Assembly: GCA_041690595.1 (NCBI GenBank)
Contig: JAWLHB010000035.1
Span: 1-64,000, forward strand
Length of the DNA: 64,000 bases
Direction of reading: 5' to 3'
From: Lentisphaeria bacterium
GTDB lineage: Bacteria; Verrucomicrobiota; Lentisphaeria; JABSQK01; JAWLHB01
A program made the position numbers and the translations under genes. This document shows positions 9,316 through 18,466 of the stretch, one piece after another (the stretch's first letter is position 1; every line of letters starts with the position of its first letter). The notes under the pieces are model-generated. The model saw only the letters and a list, made by a program, of their open reading frames with translations. It had not been told where the DNA came from and ran no database searches.

Positions 9316-12195
9316 TCATTGCCGGGGCACGATCTCGTACTGGAGCACGATCGGCGCCTCGCGCGTCACGGTCGATGGCAACACAACCTCCACGCGGTTG
9401 AACTGCACCAGATTGCGCACCAGCATGCCGCTCCGACAGAGGCGCAGTGGCCGCGCTTTGTCCAGCACGATCTCGACCCCCTGGCCGGCGTCGTTACGGA
9501 CCGCAATGGTCTGGCTCTCCGCCGTGCTCAATGCCGTCGTCATGCCTTCCGGAAGGCCATCGGGCTGAGGAAGCTGCAGCTCCTCACCGGCATCTATCGT
9601 CGAACCGGTCGTCTTGGCGGCTCCACCCAGCAGGGGGATGTTCTCGATCAGGTCGCCCAGCTCGGCCACGGCTTCGCTCGTGGACAGTTCGAGAGTGACC
9701 TGCAGCCGGTCGTCGAGGAAGCGATAGGTGCGTGAGTAGTCGATCGGCTGCCCCTCGATCCGCCCGGTCACCACCAGCGTGCCGGCAGCCTCATCCAAGG
9801 TGTAGCCTGTGGCCATGTAGTCTTCCCACCAGCGCAGCCCCTCCATGTCGATGGCCACCAGGCCATGGTGCGCGAAGGGAGTGATGTTACCGGCCAGCAT
9901 GGCGTTGCCGTACGCGGGTGTCCAGAACAAACTGAGGCCGCCGCCCACAAGTGGGTTGACCGCATGAATGTTGTAATAGAGTGACCATGGGTCGGTCGGC
10001 GTATTCTCCGCATGGCCAGGCAGAGGGTGCCGAAAGATCTCGCGACCGCGAATGTACCACTGGTGGGGCACGGGTTTGCCGACATAGATGGCGGTGTAGT
10101 AGGTTGGCCGCTTGATGGCGATCAGCTCGTTGCCGAGATTGCGAATGAACGGCTTCGACTCCATGGCCGGGAACTGGCCCTTTGCGGGGCTCTCGGTCCA
10201 GTGCTGGAACCGAGGCGTCGTGAGGTCGAGCGAGCGGGGCTCGGGGAGTGGTTCCGCGAGGCGCTGGCGAATGGTGGCCAATGCCGCTTCCTGCTCCTCG
10301 GCCGTCGGCGGCTGATACCAGACGCCAACCTCTGGAAGGAGATCATCCAGAATTCCCCTGGCGCCGCTGTATTGCTCGTTGTGCACGCCGTCAGGAGTCC
10401 GGTGGGCGAAGTTGGATGCGCCAATGGGCCGACCACCGGGCTCGGGACCGACCGTATGATTGAAGAAGTAATAGGACTTGCGGATGGCGTCGAGGAAAGC
10501 GCGGTCGCCGCTGAGCCGATAGTAAAGCGCCATGTGAAAATGCTGCATGCCGCAGTAGGTGGCGTCAGGGCCGCAGTTCTCGATGAAGTAGCCTGCCGGC
10601 GAGGCCGAGCGAGCAAAGCGTTGCGCATAGCGCCGTGCCAGCGCCTCGTAACGCGGATCGCCACTCCCTTCCGCAAAGGAGTGCCAACCGACCAGGTAGT
10701 GCGAGCTTTGGTTCATCGCCGAGACCATGTTGTCAGGCAGGTGCCGGTCGATGACATGGCGCAGTGCCTCGGTCCATAGCTTGCGCACCTCCTCCGGCAT
10801 GTGAGGCGCCGCCATGGCGAACTCGGGGAACGCCTTCTTGGCGACAACAAACCCCATCATTCCCGGATAGCTGTCCAGATCGGCGCCGACGCCGCGAAAG
10901 ACTTCGTCCTCGCCAAGCGTCATCAGGTCGCGCAAGGCAGATGCGGCGGCGCGATACCGCAGCTCGTCGCGGCCGTGCCAGGGGTTCAGGGGCGTGTCGA
11001 ATGTAGCCACTTCCGCCAGTACGGCAGCGGCGTTGGTATTGGGCGAAGCCCCCGCCCACAGACCCGGGACCGAACGCAGGCGATCCCAGCGATTCTCCGG
11101 CGGCGCCAACTCCTGCTTCTCCTTCCAGCCCTTCCAGACCATCGCTCCGCTCCAGTGGCTCTGGGGATCAAGATTCTGCTCCCGCAGCGCCGCGGCCACC
11201 GCGGGAAAGAGGCCATAAATGTGCAGCAGCTTCTCGTTCCGGACGGGGGCTGCTTCCCAGGCAGCGACATCCGGCTGCCACAAGGCGAGCAACTCCGCCG
11301 TATCCCCCACTTTTTCCGGGGCCAGCAGGCTGGGCAGGATCTCCGCGATGTGACGCTGGAACTTGTGGCTGACGACAGTCCCATCTTCCAGCACTTCGAC
11401 GGAGGCCTTCAGTTCTCTCGCGGTCGCCTCATCCGGGCACAGGATAACCGGCATGCCCGCGGCCGAGAATTTCCATTTGCCGGGCTGCGGAAACGCGAGC
11501 GTCCAGACTACATCCGTGCGCTCAATCGGCAAATCGGCGGTGGACTGCTCGCCAGACGTAGCGGTGGGAAAGAGCTGCTGCCCCTTGTCGTCGGTCACCG
11601 TCACCCCTTCGCCCCGGATGCTCAGCACTTCCGCATGAGGCGGAATGTAGATGAACATCTTCTCCACCTGCACGTCCCATGGATGGAACAGCCCGTTCTG
11701 GAAGGAGACTCCATAGCGCACGGGCGCATCGAAGTCGAGGTCGATGGTCGTGTTGTTCGACCCGGCCGTCACCCGCAACTGGTGTACGCCGGTGCCGGCG
11801 AAGGTCAGATCCAGATCCGCCAGGAGATCCCCCTGTGCCACGATCGTATCGGGTATGCTGATCGGGATCCCCCAGATTTCGCCGCTGCCTGGTCCGAGAG
11901 TATCGCGCATCTGGCCGGGCTCCAGATACTGCCAGTAGCTGAGGCGCTCTTCCTGATCGAAGGTGCGGATCATCAGCCGGTCCCCCTCCTGCCGCCATCC
12001 CCGACGCGCGGTCAACCTGCAGCCGGTAGTCTCCGCCTCCGTCACCAGGTACAGCGACATCGCTGGAGACGGACGAAACGGCCCCAGTTCCATCTCCTTT
12101 CCAGATGCCGTGTCGGCCATCGCCGATACCGCCACAAAGAGCGCAAAGATCCCCGATAGGAGGGGCCGCCACTTGATTTGCCGATGCTGCATCAT
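9316..12195 (-). CDS. Large secreted hypothetical protein, possibly glycan-active with a helical central domain
   Basis: AAGGAG RBS, signal peptide ending SAMA, helical core with NQSSHY and GYFIENCGPDATY. Last gene of the glycan operon. Confidence 0.65.
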   Translation of the reverse strand: MMQHRQIKWRPLLSGIFALFVAVSAMADTASGKEMELGPFRPSPAMSLYLVTEAETTGCRLTARRGWRQEGDRLMIRTFDQEERLSYWQYLEPGQMRDTLGPGSGEIWGIPISIPDTIVAQGDLLADLDLTFAGTGVHQLRVTAGSNNTTIDLDFDAPVRYGVSFQNGLFHPWDVQVEKMFIYIPPHAEVLSIRGEGVTVTDDKGQQLFPTATSGEQSTADLPIERTDVVWTLAFPQPGKWKFSAAGMPVILCPDEATARELKASVEVLEDGTVVSHKFQRHIAEILPSLLAPEKVGDTAELLALWQPDVAAWEAAPVRNEKLLHIYGLFPAVAAALREQNLDPQSHWSGAMVWKGWKEKQELAPPENRWDRLRSVPGLWAGASPNTNAAAVLAEVATFDTPLNPWHGRDELRYRAAASALRDLMTLGEDEVFRGVGADLDSYPGMMGFVVAKKAFPEFAMAAPHMPEEVRKLWTEALRHVIDRHLPDNMVSAMNQSSHYLVGWHSFAEGSGDPRYEALARRYAQRFARSASPAGYFIENCGPDATYCGMQHFHMALYYRLSGDRAFLDAIRKSYYFFNHTVGPEPGGRPIGASNFAHRTPDGVHNEQYSGARGILDDLLPEVGVWYQPPTAEEQEAALATIRQRLAEPLPEPRSLDLTTPRFQHWTESPAKGQFPAMESKPFIRNLGNELIAIKRPTYYTAIYVGKPVPHQWYIRGREIFRHPLPGHAENTPTDPWSLYYNIHAVNPLVGGGLSLFWTPAYGNAMLAGNITPFAHHGLVAIDMEGLRWWEDYMATGYTLDEAAGTLVVTGRIEGQPIDYSRTYRFLDDRLQVTLELSTSEAVAELGDLIENIPLLGGAAKTTGSTIDAGEELQLPQPDGLPEGMTTALSTAESQTIAVRNDAGQGVEIVLDKARPLRLCRSGMLVRNLVQFNRVEVVLPSTVTREAPIVLQYEIVPRQ

Positions 12196-12222
12196 GATCT
12201 CCTTAAACATTGATTCTCAGTT

Positions 12223-13932
12223 TCACCAATCGACTTCGCTGACGATGAGGCGACAGAGCCGAAAACAGGCCATCGCCTTTTCACTCATACAGCGAATGCC
12301 GATACTTGTCTGGCCGCACTCATCAAGCTGAACGACCCCCACTCGTTCCCGGCGAAAGCGCACTCGGCCACAGAATCTCCCGCCAGTGCAGAGCACCGGG
12401 AATGGCAGACAAACAGTGCCAACAGACAGCTCGAACTCCGTCTCGTCCGCCTCCGGCAGACACTCGTACTCCGCACCGACCAGATAGCTGCCCGGCCGGA
12501 CAACCTGAATATCCCAGGCTGCCGTGGCGCCCGCTTGCCATCCGTCGACCACATCCGTGTGATGCCAGTCACCAAATCTCTCCATCCACTGTACTTTGCC
12601 GAGCCGACACCCTTCCAAAACGGCAAATGGGGCTTCCAGGCAGTTCGAGATGCCGGGGTGAAGCAGCCAACTCTGGACGGTGGCCGCGGCCACGCGTTCA
12701 GCCGCGATCTCGATCACGGTGGCAATGGGATCACGCAGCTCCCGCGGCAGTGCGATGATCAGCTTCCCCTGATCGAGGTGGTGCGGCAAAACCGCTCCCG
12801 TTGTCAGTTCACGGACAGATTTCACCTGATCGCCGACCCCGGCGACCCACAGCGTATCGTCTTCCGGCCAATTCAGGATGTGCAGGTAATGGATCCCCGG
12901 CCGTGACGTGCTGCATCCCCATGCGTGCAGCGGTATCGCCCCCCGAACGGTGCCAAAAATGCTCGTCCCATTTCGCTTGAGCCATTCGCCGGCGCGTCGC
13001 AGCATCTTGGCTGAAGCCTGTGGAATGGCACCCCGACCATCCGGCCCGACATTGAGTACATAGTTGCCCCCCATGCTGGCGATACGTATCAGCCGGCCAA
13101 CCACCTCTTTCGTGCTTTTCCAATCGTGATCCGCCGTGGCAAATCCCCACGTATCGTTATGGGTATCGATGGATTCCCAGAGGCCATCCGGAGCAACCAG
13201 CGGCACCTCCTGATCGCCCAGAGTCGCATAGTCTCCGTAGCCATTGCCGATCCGGCTGTTCACCAGACACCCCGGCTGCAAGTCGCGAACCCGCTGATAC
13301 AGCGCTTGCGAGTCTTCGGCCGAAATGGTGCCTGGGGTATCGAACCAGATCATGGCCACGGGACCATAACGCGTCAGCAATTCTTCTATCTGGGGAAGCG
13401 CCTTCTCTCGCAGATAGCGGCCAAAATCCCCCCGCTCGGGAAAATTCCAATCGTTGCCGGCGCCATCGGGCTCGTGCCAGTCCTGGAACTGCGAATAATA
13501 GAAGCCCAACCGGATTCCCCCGCGATGGCAGGCATCCGCAAGTTCGGCAATCGGATCTCGCGCGAATGGTGTCGCCTCACAGATATTGAAGGCACTGGCG
13601 CTGGACGAAAACATGGCAAAGCCGTCGTGGTGCTTCGTCGTGATGATGATGTACCGCATGCCGGCCTCCCTGGCCAGCCGTACCCATTCGTCAGCATCGA
13701 ACTCGACAGGATTGAACTGCCCTGCCAGCCCCGCGTACTGATCCACCGGTATGCGGGCCCGCCGCATCAGCCATTCCGAAATGCCAAACCACCGCTTCCC
13801 TCCCCATTCGCCGGCCGCCTGCGAGTACAGACCCCAGTGAATGAAAAGACCGAATCTGTCCGCGGCAAACCACGCTCCTCGCTCCGCGTCGGCAGTGGTG
13901 CGCACTGCACTCTCGCCCCACATCTCCGCCAT
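12223..13932 (-). CDS. Alpha-L-fucosidase (GH29) with C-terminal beta-sandwich domain
   Basis: RFGLFIHWGLYS, TTKHHDGF, nucleophile IWFD, VNSRIG, LNVGPDGRG. GGAGG RBS before 13932; alternative start 14010 overlaps the upstream stop. Confidence 0.92.
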   Translation of the reverse strand: MAEMWGESAVRTTADAERGAWFAADRFGLFIHWGLYSQAAGEWGGKRWFGISEWLMRRARIPVDQYAGLAGQFNPVEFDADEWVRLAREAGMRYIIITTKHHDGFAMFSSSASAFNICEATPFARDPIAELADACHRGGIRLGFYYSQFQDWHEPDGAGNDWNFPERGDFGRYLREKALPQIEELLTRYGPVAMIWFDTPGTISAEDSQALYQRVRDLQPGCLVNSRIGNGYGDYATLGDQEVPLVAPDGLWESIDTHNDTWGFATADHDWKSTKEVVGRLIRIASMGGNYVLNVGPDGRGAIPQASAKMLRRAGEWLKRNGTSIFGTVRGAIPLHAWGCSTSRPGIHYLHILNWPEDDTLWVAGVGDQVKSVRELTTGAVLPHHLDQGKLIIALPRELRDPIATVIEIAAERVAAATVQSWLLHPGISNCLEAPFAVLEGCRLGKVQWMERFGDWHHTDVVDGWQAGATAAWDIQVVRPGSYLVGAEYECLPEADETEFELSVGTVCLPFPVLCTGGRFCGRVRFRRERVGVVQLDECGQTSIGIRCMSEKAMACFRLCRLIVSEVDW

Positions 13933-14009
13933 GTCGTCCTCCTGGAACGGAGGTGCACCGCCCGCGGACAGCTCGTCAGACCAGTAAGGCATCGCACACC
14001 CATCGCCCA

Positions 14010-15023
14010 TCACTGGATCGCCTCCCCCAACGCCGCCAGCTGGCGCAGGCTGGCCTCGGGAATCTGACCGTCGGGCGTTACTGGATGATCCCAGCTCACA
14101 ACACCCTCCCAGCCGTTGACATAGCGAGTATACGCCACCACCAGCTCATCGCTGAAGCGCGGCCGTGGATTGCACCAGCATCCGCCCAGGAAGGTGAGGA
14201 GGTGGTATTGCGCGCCCTTCACCCAGCGTCCCACCGGCAGCACGCATGGCTCCTCGCCATTGGTCGGCAACGTGTTGGAGATTTCGCCACCAGTATAGTC
14301 TTCATATTCGGTGACGCAGACGATCGGGTTGCGGACACCGCTGTTGAACGCGACCAGGCTGTCGGGGTTGCCCGCCTTCATGGCCTCCGCAAACGAGCGG
14401 AAATTCGGCCCATCGGCATGGCGGTACATCTTGTCCGCCGCATAGCAGCCGTCGATCCACCAGCCATGCACCTGCTTGCCCCAACGCAGCGACCATTCCC
14501 GGATGACAGCCTCCCAATTCTGCTGGAACTCTGACAGCCGTTCATCGGTACCCACACTATCTTCCGCGGCGTAGCGCCCTTTCGGAAAGCCCAGGATGCC
14601 GCTGTCCCAGGATGGCGTGCAACGCAGCCGCACGATCGCCTCCGCATCGTTGCACGGAGCCGCCGACGGCAGATAGACGAGGAGGCGAACACCCTGCTTC
14701 GTGCAGGCCGCCGCCAGTTCACCGACCAGATCGCGCTGGGACAGCCGACTCGGCTTGCGGCCGACAAGGCCATCGTACGTCGCGTTGGGGGAACAGAAAT
14801 AACCGGAGTTCTGGCCGATGGTCAGGAAGCTGTAGCGGCAGCCGACGCTCGCCAGCGTGGCGGCATAGCGGTCCACGTCGAAAGAGTCGACGCGCCGGTT
14901 CCATTCCTCCGGGGTCATCTCTACCGGCTCAGTGCAACTGGGCTGATCGGCAAGGTAATGGGCGAAGTTGCCCCACCGTGCATCCCGCAACCAATCGGTA
15001 TTCGCGCGCTTCCACTCGCTCAT
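14010..15023 (-). CDS. GH29/GH107-like (clan GH-R) single-domain fucosidase or fucanase-like protein
   Basis: DWLRDARWG, RDLVGELAAACTKQGVRLLVY, WSLRWGKQVHGWWIDGCY, AGNPDSLVAFN, EDYTGGE. Lacks the GH29 KHHDGF motif. Confidence 0.7.
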   Translation of the reverse strand: MSEWKRANTDWLRDARWGNFAHYLADQPSCTEPVEMTPEEWNRRVDSFDVDRYAATLASVGCRYSFLTIGQNSGYFCSPNATYDGLVGRKPSRLSQRDLVGELAAACTKQGVRLLVYLPSAAPCNDAEAIVRLRCTPSWDSGILGFPKGRYAAEDSVGTDERLSEFQQNWEAVIREWSLRWGKQVHGWWIDGCYAADKMYRHADGPNFRSFAEAMKAGNPDSLVAFNSGVRNPIVCVTEYEDYTGGEISNTLPTNGEEPCVLPVGRWVKGAQYHLLTFLGGCWCNPRPRFSDELVVAYTRYVNGWEGVVSWDHPVTPDGQIPEASLRQLAALGEAIQ

Positions 15024-18000
15024 TCGTTCTCACTCCTTTGGAACCACCGCCATTCCGAGGCCACATCGACCTTCAGCCCCGGACGGATGGCATGAATGAC
15101 AAACCAGTCCCCCTGAACGACCCCAGCCTTCTGGAGGTCAGGCGCCCCCGTGAACTCGATGGTAACGCCGCCCCGGCCGCCGCTCATGGGCTGCGTACTC
15201 TTGATCGTATAATGAAGGTTCTTCTCCGGAAACCACACCCCCATGCCGTCGTACCAGGGGTTGTTCGAATGCTTGGACATGGGCCGTGGCGTCCGTAGCG
15301 TTCCGGGCTTGTCCGGCAGGATGTCGAAGACGTCGTGCCAGCTCTCGATGAAGGGCGCATGGTCCTGCAGATCGAGACGCACGAGACCGCCCGGGAGATT
15401 GGTGACCTTCTCGATCCTGTAGCCTTCGTTGCCCCATTCACGCAGGTCGCTCTCCACCTGGATCAGGAGTTGGCGCCCATGGAGCGCCTCCCCCTCCGGC
15501 CACCGCGTGTCGCTCCTGACGATCAGTGCGCTTTCGTGCCGGGTGCCGGTAAGGTCGCCAATGATATCGACGATATCCCCGCCCAGATCGTCGGCAAAGT
15601 GCTCGTCCAACCCGGCGCCGCGCAGGAAGCTCCCGCGGCAGATCTCCACCTGCGCCAGCTTTCCGTTGGCATCACGGCGGATGAGAGCATAACGGGCATC
15701 GGTCTGAGTGCCGTCGGGCAGGCTCAGCGCGCCGCGAGCCGACTGGTAGAGCACGACGTCCGTCGCACCGTCCGCGAAAGTCAGCTTGACCGCCATCCTG
15801 TCGCGTTTCATACCTTCCAGACTGTTCACATCGAGGAGTTCCGCGGCGCGGATGAACGATTCCTCGCCCTCCCGGAAGCCCTCCAGGATGTGGATGAAGA
15901 GGCTTTCGCGCATCGGGTCCTTGCCATCTGCCGTGGAGCCGCGGCGTTCAATGAGGAAATCGAGGCCCTTCTCGAAGGCCACATACCCATCCGTCTGCCT
16001 TCCTTCCGGGAGCGGCTGCCGAAGTCGGGCGATCCACGGCCCCTTGGCGCTGATCAGCTCGAACCGCTCGCTATCCTGCTGAACCACGCCGACGCTGTTG
16101 AAGCCCATCAGGCGCAGCCGCACCTTCCCGTCATCCTCCGGCATCGGGCGCACGAAGCTGCCGTCTGCTTTCCGCGGCGCATAGGCGGCAAAATCGGTCT
16201 TCCAGATGATCTCCCAGGCATCGGCGGAAGGTTGATGACGTTCCACTTGGCCTACCTGGCGCAGGTAGGAGACATCCGTCCCGCGGTGCTTGCCGCCGCC
16301 CGGCAGCACCTCTTCCAAGTTATCCGCCTGGGCCGCGACTTCCGGCAAGACGGCGCCGACACGCTCGGCCCAGGCGCTGTTGAAGAGCGTGTGTTCCGCG
16401 CCGCCGGCCAGCTTCAGCAGATCGAGGGCGTACGGGCGCCCCTCCGGCGTCTCGATGCCAATCAGCGTGCGGCGAAACTCCATGCCGATCTCGCTCTTGA
16501 CGCCAACCTGCGGCCAGGCATAGCGGTCCTGTACGTCGAGGATCTGGAAATCGGCACCGGGGGTGCCGGCCGCCTCGCCCCCCTTGAAGGTGATCACTTC
16601 GCCATAGCCGCGATCGTCGCTGCCCCATCCGAGTCCCGTACCTTTGCCGTCGACATTCGGGGTATTGTGGCAGAGGGAACTGTGCGTGTAATCCCATGAC
16701 CAGCTGGGATTGCGATTGTCGGCACTCATGATTCGGCGGGGGAAGTCCATGGCGGCCAACGCCTGGAACTCGGGCCGATTCCAGTCGAACTGCGGTGACC
16801 ACCACCAGCAGGCGTAGCCACCGTGGCGCATCACCGGAATGCCATCGACCCAGGACTCGATGCTCAACGCATCCTGGCCGTTGTGCAAGGTGGCCCGCGT
16901 GTAGTCCATGGCGATCTCCAGGCGGCGATCCGGCCCGCCGACGCGCAGAATGCCGACGCCATAGTCCGCCCAGTTGCGGCTGCCGATGGCTTCTCGTTTC
17001 CGCTTGGTGTCGGCCGGCGGCAATCCGTAGACCGGCCAGGCAGCGATGTGTTGATCGCCAAACTCCAGCGGCAGCCCCCGCACGGTGGCCTGGTTCATCT
17101 CCTTGATTCCGCGCACGGCGGTCTGGTAGAAGGGATGCTCCTGGATAAAACCCGGCTGAAACCGCAGCCACCCGTCCGCTTTGGCCAGATAGGGCAGGAA
17201 GTAACCGCCGGGCATCGCCATGTAGTTGGGAGCCCCCTCGCCGTTCAGCCCATCGCGATAGGTGTGGTTGTATAGCGTTACCTCGTGCGCCGCGCTGAAC
17301 ATCTTCGCAAGCAGCTCGTCCTCGGCCAGAACCGCCATCAGGATCATCTCGATGTAGATGGCATCCTGATAATTCGTCTGCAGCTTCTGCGAGAAGACGC
17401 TCTTGAAGGTCAGGCAGAGTTCACGGATCAGCTTGTCCGTGATCTTCCGGTCCAACGCTTCGGGATCCCCATGGTTCTCGATCGAGACCTGCCGGAAGGC
17501 GGGATGGTGCCTCGCCAGCGCAAAAGGCTCCGCCCAGATATGCTCCTTCCCCATGTTCAGCCAGCCGCGGTTGAAATTGGGGAACCGTCTGTTCCACGGC
17601 CCGAGCGGGCCGACCGAAAAGACGTTCGGTCGCGGAGACGCCTCCCACTCGGCGCGGCTGAGCGGCAGGATCTCGTTGCGGTAAACCAGGGGCAGCCCGT
17701 AATACGTGTCGGCCACCGCGTCGAGAAGCACCGCGAGCTTGTGCACATTCACGGGATCGCCCGTCTTCTGGTAGGCTTCGGCGAACGTGACGATGCGTGC
17801 GCCACCGATGTCCAGCCAGCGGCGCTGGTCGAAGAGCGTCTTCACGAACAACTCCCAGACCACCCCATCCTGGTCCGTATAGATGGTGCAGGGTACCTTG
17901 GCGACGGTATCGTCCAAATGCAGGAAGCCAACCTCCTCCGTCGCGTGCAACTGGTAGCCACCGGGTGCATCCTGTGCGCGCCCGTAAAGCTCGGTCTTGC

Positions 18001-18466
18001 AGCAGCTTGTTGTGCCATGCCAGTCATTCTCCCGGTCGAATACCAGCGACAGTGACTGCGACTGGCAGAACGGGCAGTAGGAGATCATGGCGTTAGCCGC
18101 CGCATCCTTCCGGGTCGGGGTTCCGCCGCGCACCCGCGCCAGCGGCGCCAGGTGACGCGGGAAATCCGCCAGCAGCTCGTCATCGGTCGGCGCCGATTCC
18201 GCATACCGCTTGTATCGTTCGGCCGCTGTCAGCTCCGACGGATTCTCCCGTTCCCAGCTTTCCACCTGCTGCCGCGTCCATTCCGCGAAGAGACTCTCCC
18301 GATTCAAATCGGGGATCTTCCGTCCGGGGATCAGGGCGGCCACCCTGGCTGCGCGGTCAGGGGAATTCCAGTTGTCTTCCGGCGTCTGCTGTGCGAATGT
18401 GCTCTGGATCATCATGGCTCCCGTCGTGAGCGCGGCAATCAGATACTGTCGCGTTGAGGTGATCAT
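15020..18466 (-). CDS. Large secreted heparinase II/III-like polysaccharide lyase candidate
   Basis: Signal peptide ending TFA, DGLNGEGAPNY, YGVGILRVG, HNGQDALS, CHNTPNVDG. ATGA overlaps at both ends. Confidence 0.7.
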   Translation of the reverse strand: MITSTRQYLIAALTTGAMMIQSTFAQQTPEDNWNSPDRAARVAALIPGRKIPDLNRESLFAEWTRQQVESWERENPSELTAAERYKRYAESAPTDDELLADFPRHLAPLARVRGGTPTRKDAAANAMISYCPFCQSQSLSLVFDRENDWHGTTSCCKTELYGRAQDAPGGYQLHATEEVGFLHLDDTVAKVPCTIYTDQDGVVWELFVKTLFDQRRWLDIGGARIVTFAEAYQKTGDPVNVHKLAVLLDAVADTYYGLPLVYRNEILPLSRAEWEASPRPNVFSVGPLGPWNRRFPNFNRGWLNMGKEHIWAEPFALARHHPAFRQVSIENHGDPEALDRKITDKLIRELCLTFKSVFSQKLQTNYQDAIYIEMILMAVLAEDELLAKMFSAAHEVTLYNHTYRDGLNGEGAPNYMAMPGGYFLPYLAKADGWLRFQPGFIQEHPFYQTAVRGIKEMNQATVRGLPLEFGDQHIAAWPVYGLPPADTKRKREAIGSRNWADYGVGILRVGGPDRRLEIAMDYTRATLHNGQDALSIESWVDGIPVMRHGGYACWWWSPQFDWNRPEFQALAAMDFPRRIMSADNRNPSWSWDYTHSSLCHNTPNVDGKGTGLGWGSDDRGYGEVITFKGGEAAGTPGADFQILDVQDRYAWPQVGVKSEIGMEFRRTLIGIETPEGRPYALDLLKLAGGAEHTLFNSAWAERVGAVLPEVAAQADNLEEVLPGGGKHRGTDVSYLRQVGQVERHQPSADAWEIIWKTDFAAYAPRKADGSFVRPMPEDDGKVRLRLMGFNSVGVVQQDSERFELISAKGPWIARLRQPLPEGRQTDGYVAFEKGLDFLIERRGSTADGKDPMRESLFIHILEGFREGEESFIRAAELLDVNSLEGMKRDRMAVKLTFADGATDVVLYQSARGALSLPDGTQTDARYALIRRDANGKLAQVEICRGSFLRGAGLDEHFADDLGGDIVDIIGDLTGTRHESALIVRSDTRWPEGEALHGRQLLIQVESDLREWGNEGYRIEKVTNLPGGLVRLDLQDHAPFIESWHDVFDILPDKPGTLRTPRPMSKHSNNPWYDGMGVWFPEKNLHYTIKSTQPMSGGRGGVTIEFTGAPDLQKAGVVQGDWFVIHAIRPGLKVDVASEWRWFQRSENE

